Part shown: positions 24,253-24,543 of the stretch, piece by piece
Layout of the letters: each line of letters starts with the position of its first letter
Position numbering within the stretch: position 1 is the stretch's first letter
IMG/VR virus record: IMGVR_UViG_3300005662_000230
Location: 1-24,543 of that record
Source: a virus
Taxonomy: Duplodnaviria > Caudoviricetes
Length of the DNA: 24,543 bases
Reading direction: 5' to 3' (one strand)
Made by a program: the position numbers and the translations under genes
Notes under the pieces: model-generated
Told to the model about the DNA's origin: nothing
Databases searched by the model: none
Seen by the model: the letters and a program-made list of their open reading frames with translations, nothing else

Positions 24253-24270
24253 TATTGGCGATCGCCAATG
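24253..24270. promoter_or_regulatory. Fourth operator-like palindrome
   Basis: TATTGGCGATCGCCAATG, with a perfect 16-bp inner palindrome. Confidence 0.6.
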
Positions 24271-24302
24271 GACACTTGGCAAACGCGAAACCGGACGGTG
24301 CC

Positions 24303-24386
24303 GACCATTGACCATTGACCATCGACCATCGACCATCGACCATCGACCATCGACCATCGACCATCGACCATCGACCATCGACCATC
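24303..24386. repeat. Tandem 7-mer array (GACCATY) x12
   Basis: Two GACCATT followed by ten GACCATC. Confidence 0.97.
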
Positions 24387-24415
24387 GGTCACCAGGTCAC
24401 CAGGTCACCAGGTCA
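24387..24415. repeat. Tandem 8-mer array (GGTCACCA) x3.6
   Basis: Directly abuts the 7-mer array. Confidence 0.95.
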
Positions 24416-24449
24416 ACGACCTTGTGACGGTCGGCCGGTCGTGATGGCC

Positions 24450-24530
24450 GGCCATCGAAATACCATCGCGGCCGCGGCGGTCGGCTATCGAAATACTCGC
24501 GGGCGGGGTTGTGGGGCTATCGAAATACTC
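24450..24530. repeat. Three phased direct repeats GGCYATCGAAATAC(TC)
   Basis: Copies start at 24450, 24483 and 24515 (33 and 32 bp period). Confidence 0.9.
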
Positions 24531-24543
24531 CCCGCGCGTGTAC

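Noticed and set aside
8659-24266. GCGATCGC (HIP1-like) octamers
   Set aside because: Only a handful of copies, most explained by Ala-Ile-Ala codons in high-GC genes.
23469-24311. 280-aa + strand ORF and other + strand ORFs in 19.7-24.3 kb
   Set aside because: They are antisense to well-supported - strand genes and have no RBS or recognisable motifs.
24171-24392. N-terminal MVDGRWS-repeat extension of ORF 23586-24392 and the overlapping ORFs 24175-24378 and 24191-24385
   Set aside because: These are translations of the 7-bp tandem array, which gives the same peptide in all three frames. The promoter layout supports a start at 24170.
1-24543. Stop-codon reassignment, tRNAs, integrase or att sites
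   Set aside because: Genes tile tightly under the standard code with ATGA/GTGA overlaps. I recognised no cloverleaf or recombinase, so lifestyle cannot be determined from this window.

Overview
High-GC (roughly 65-70%) tailed-phage (siphovirus-like) DNA. The + strand (1-~19.6 kb) is a late operon: the C-terminal part of a Mu gpT-like major capsid protein, DUF2190 head decoration, head-tail joining, a LamG-like protein, an inserted three-gene glycan cassette (beta-propeller glycosidase-like, SAM methyltransferase, GT2+TPR), tail terminator/neck, two short tail-tube-like paralogs, a tail assembly chaperone with a likely -1 frameshift, tape measure, tail-tip genes with a low-GC Cys-rich gene, a metallophosphoesterase/DUF6378 pair, two tandem paralogs, and a membrane-protein cluster around a papain-like cysteine protease at the usual lysis position. 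The - strand (~19.5-24.2 kb) is an early/host-takeover region: ArdA antirestriction, about 8 small unknown ORFs, two paralogous HTH proteins and a stand-alone Prim-Pol. The most striking unexplained structure lies here. Nearly every small gene has a (CACAAC)n leader, usually ending in GGAG-N-ACC-ATG; a covarying hairpin with a fixed C.C mismatch follows several stop codons; and an 18-bp palindrome sits at the same position in three promoter spacers. The window ends in 7-mer and 8-mer tandem arrays and a phased ATCGAAATAC motif that also recurs inside late genes. A Planctomycetota-type host is a tentative inference only. All functional calls come from motif recognition, with no database search.
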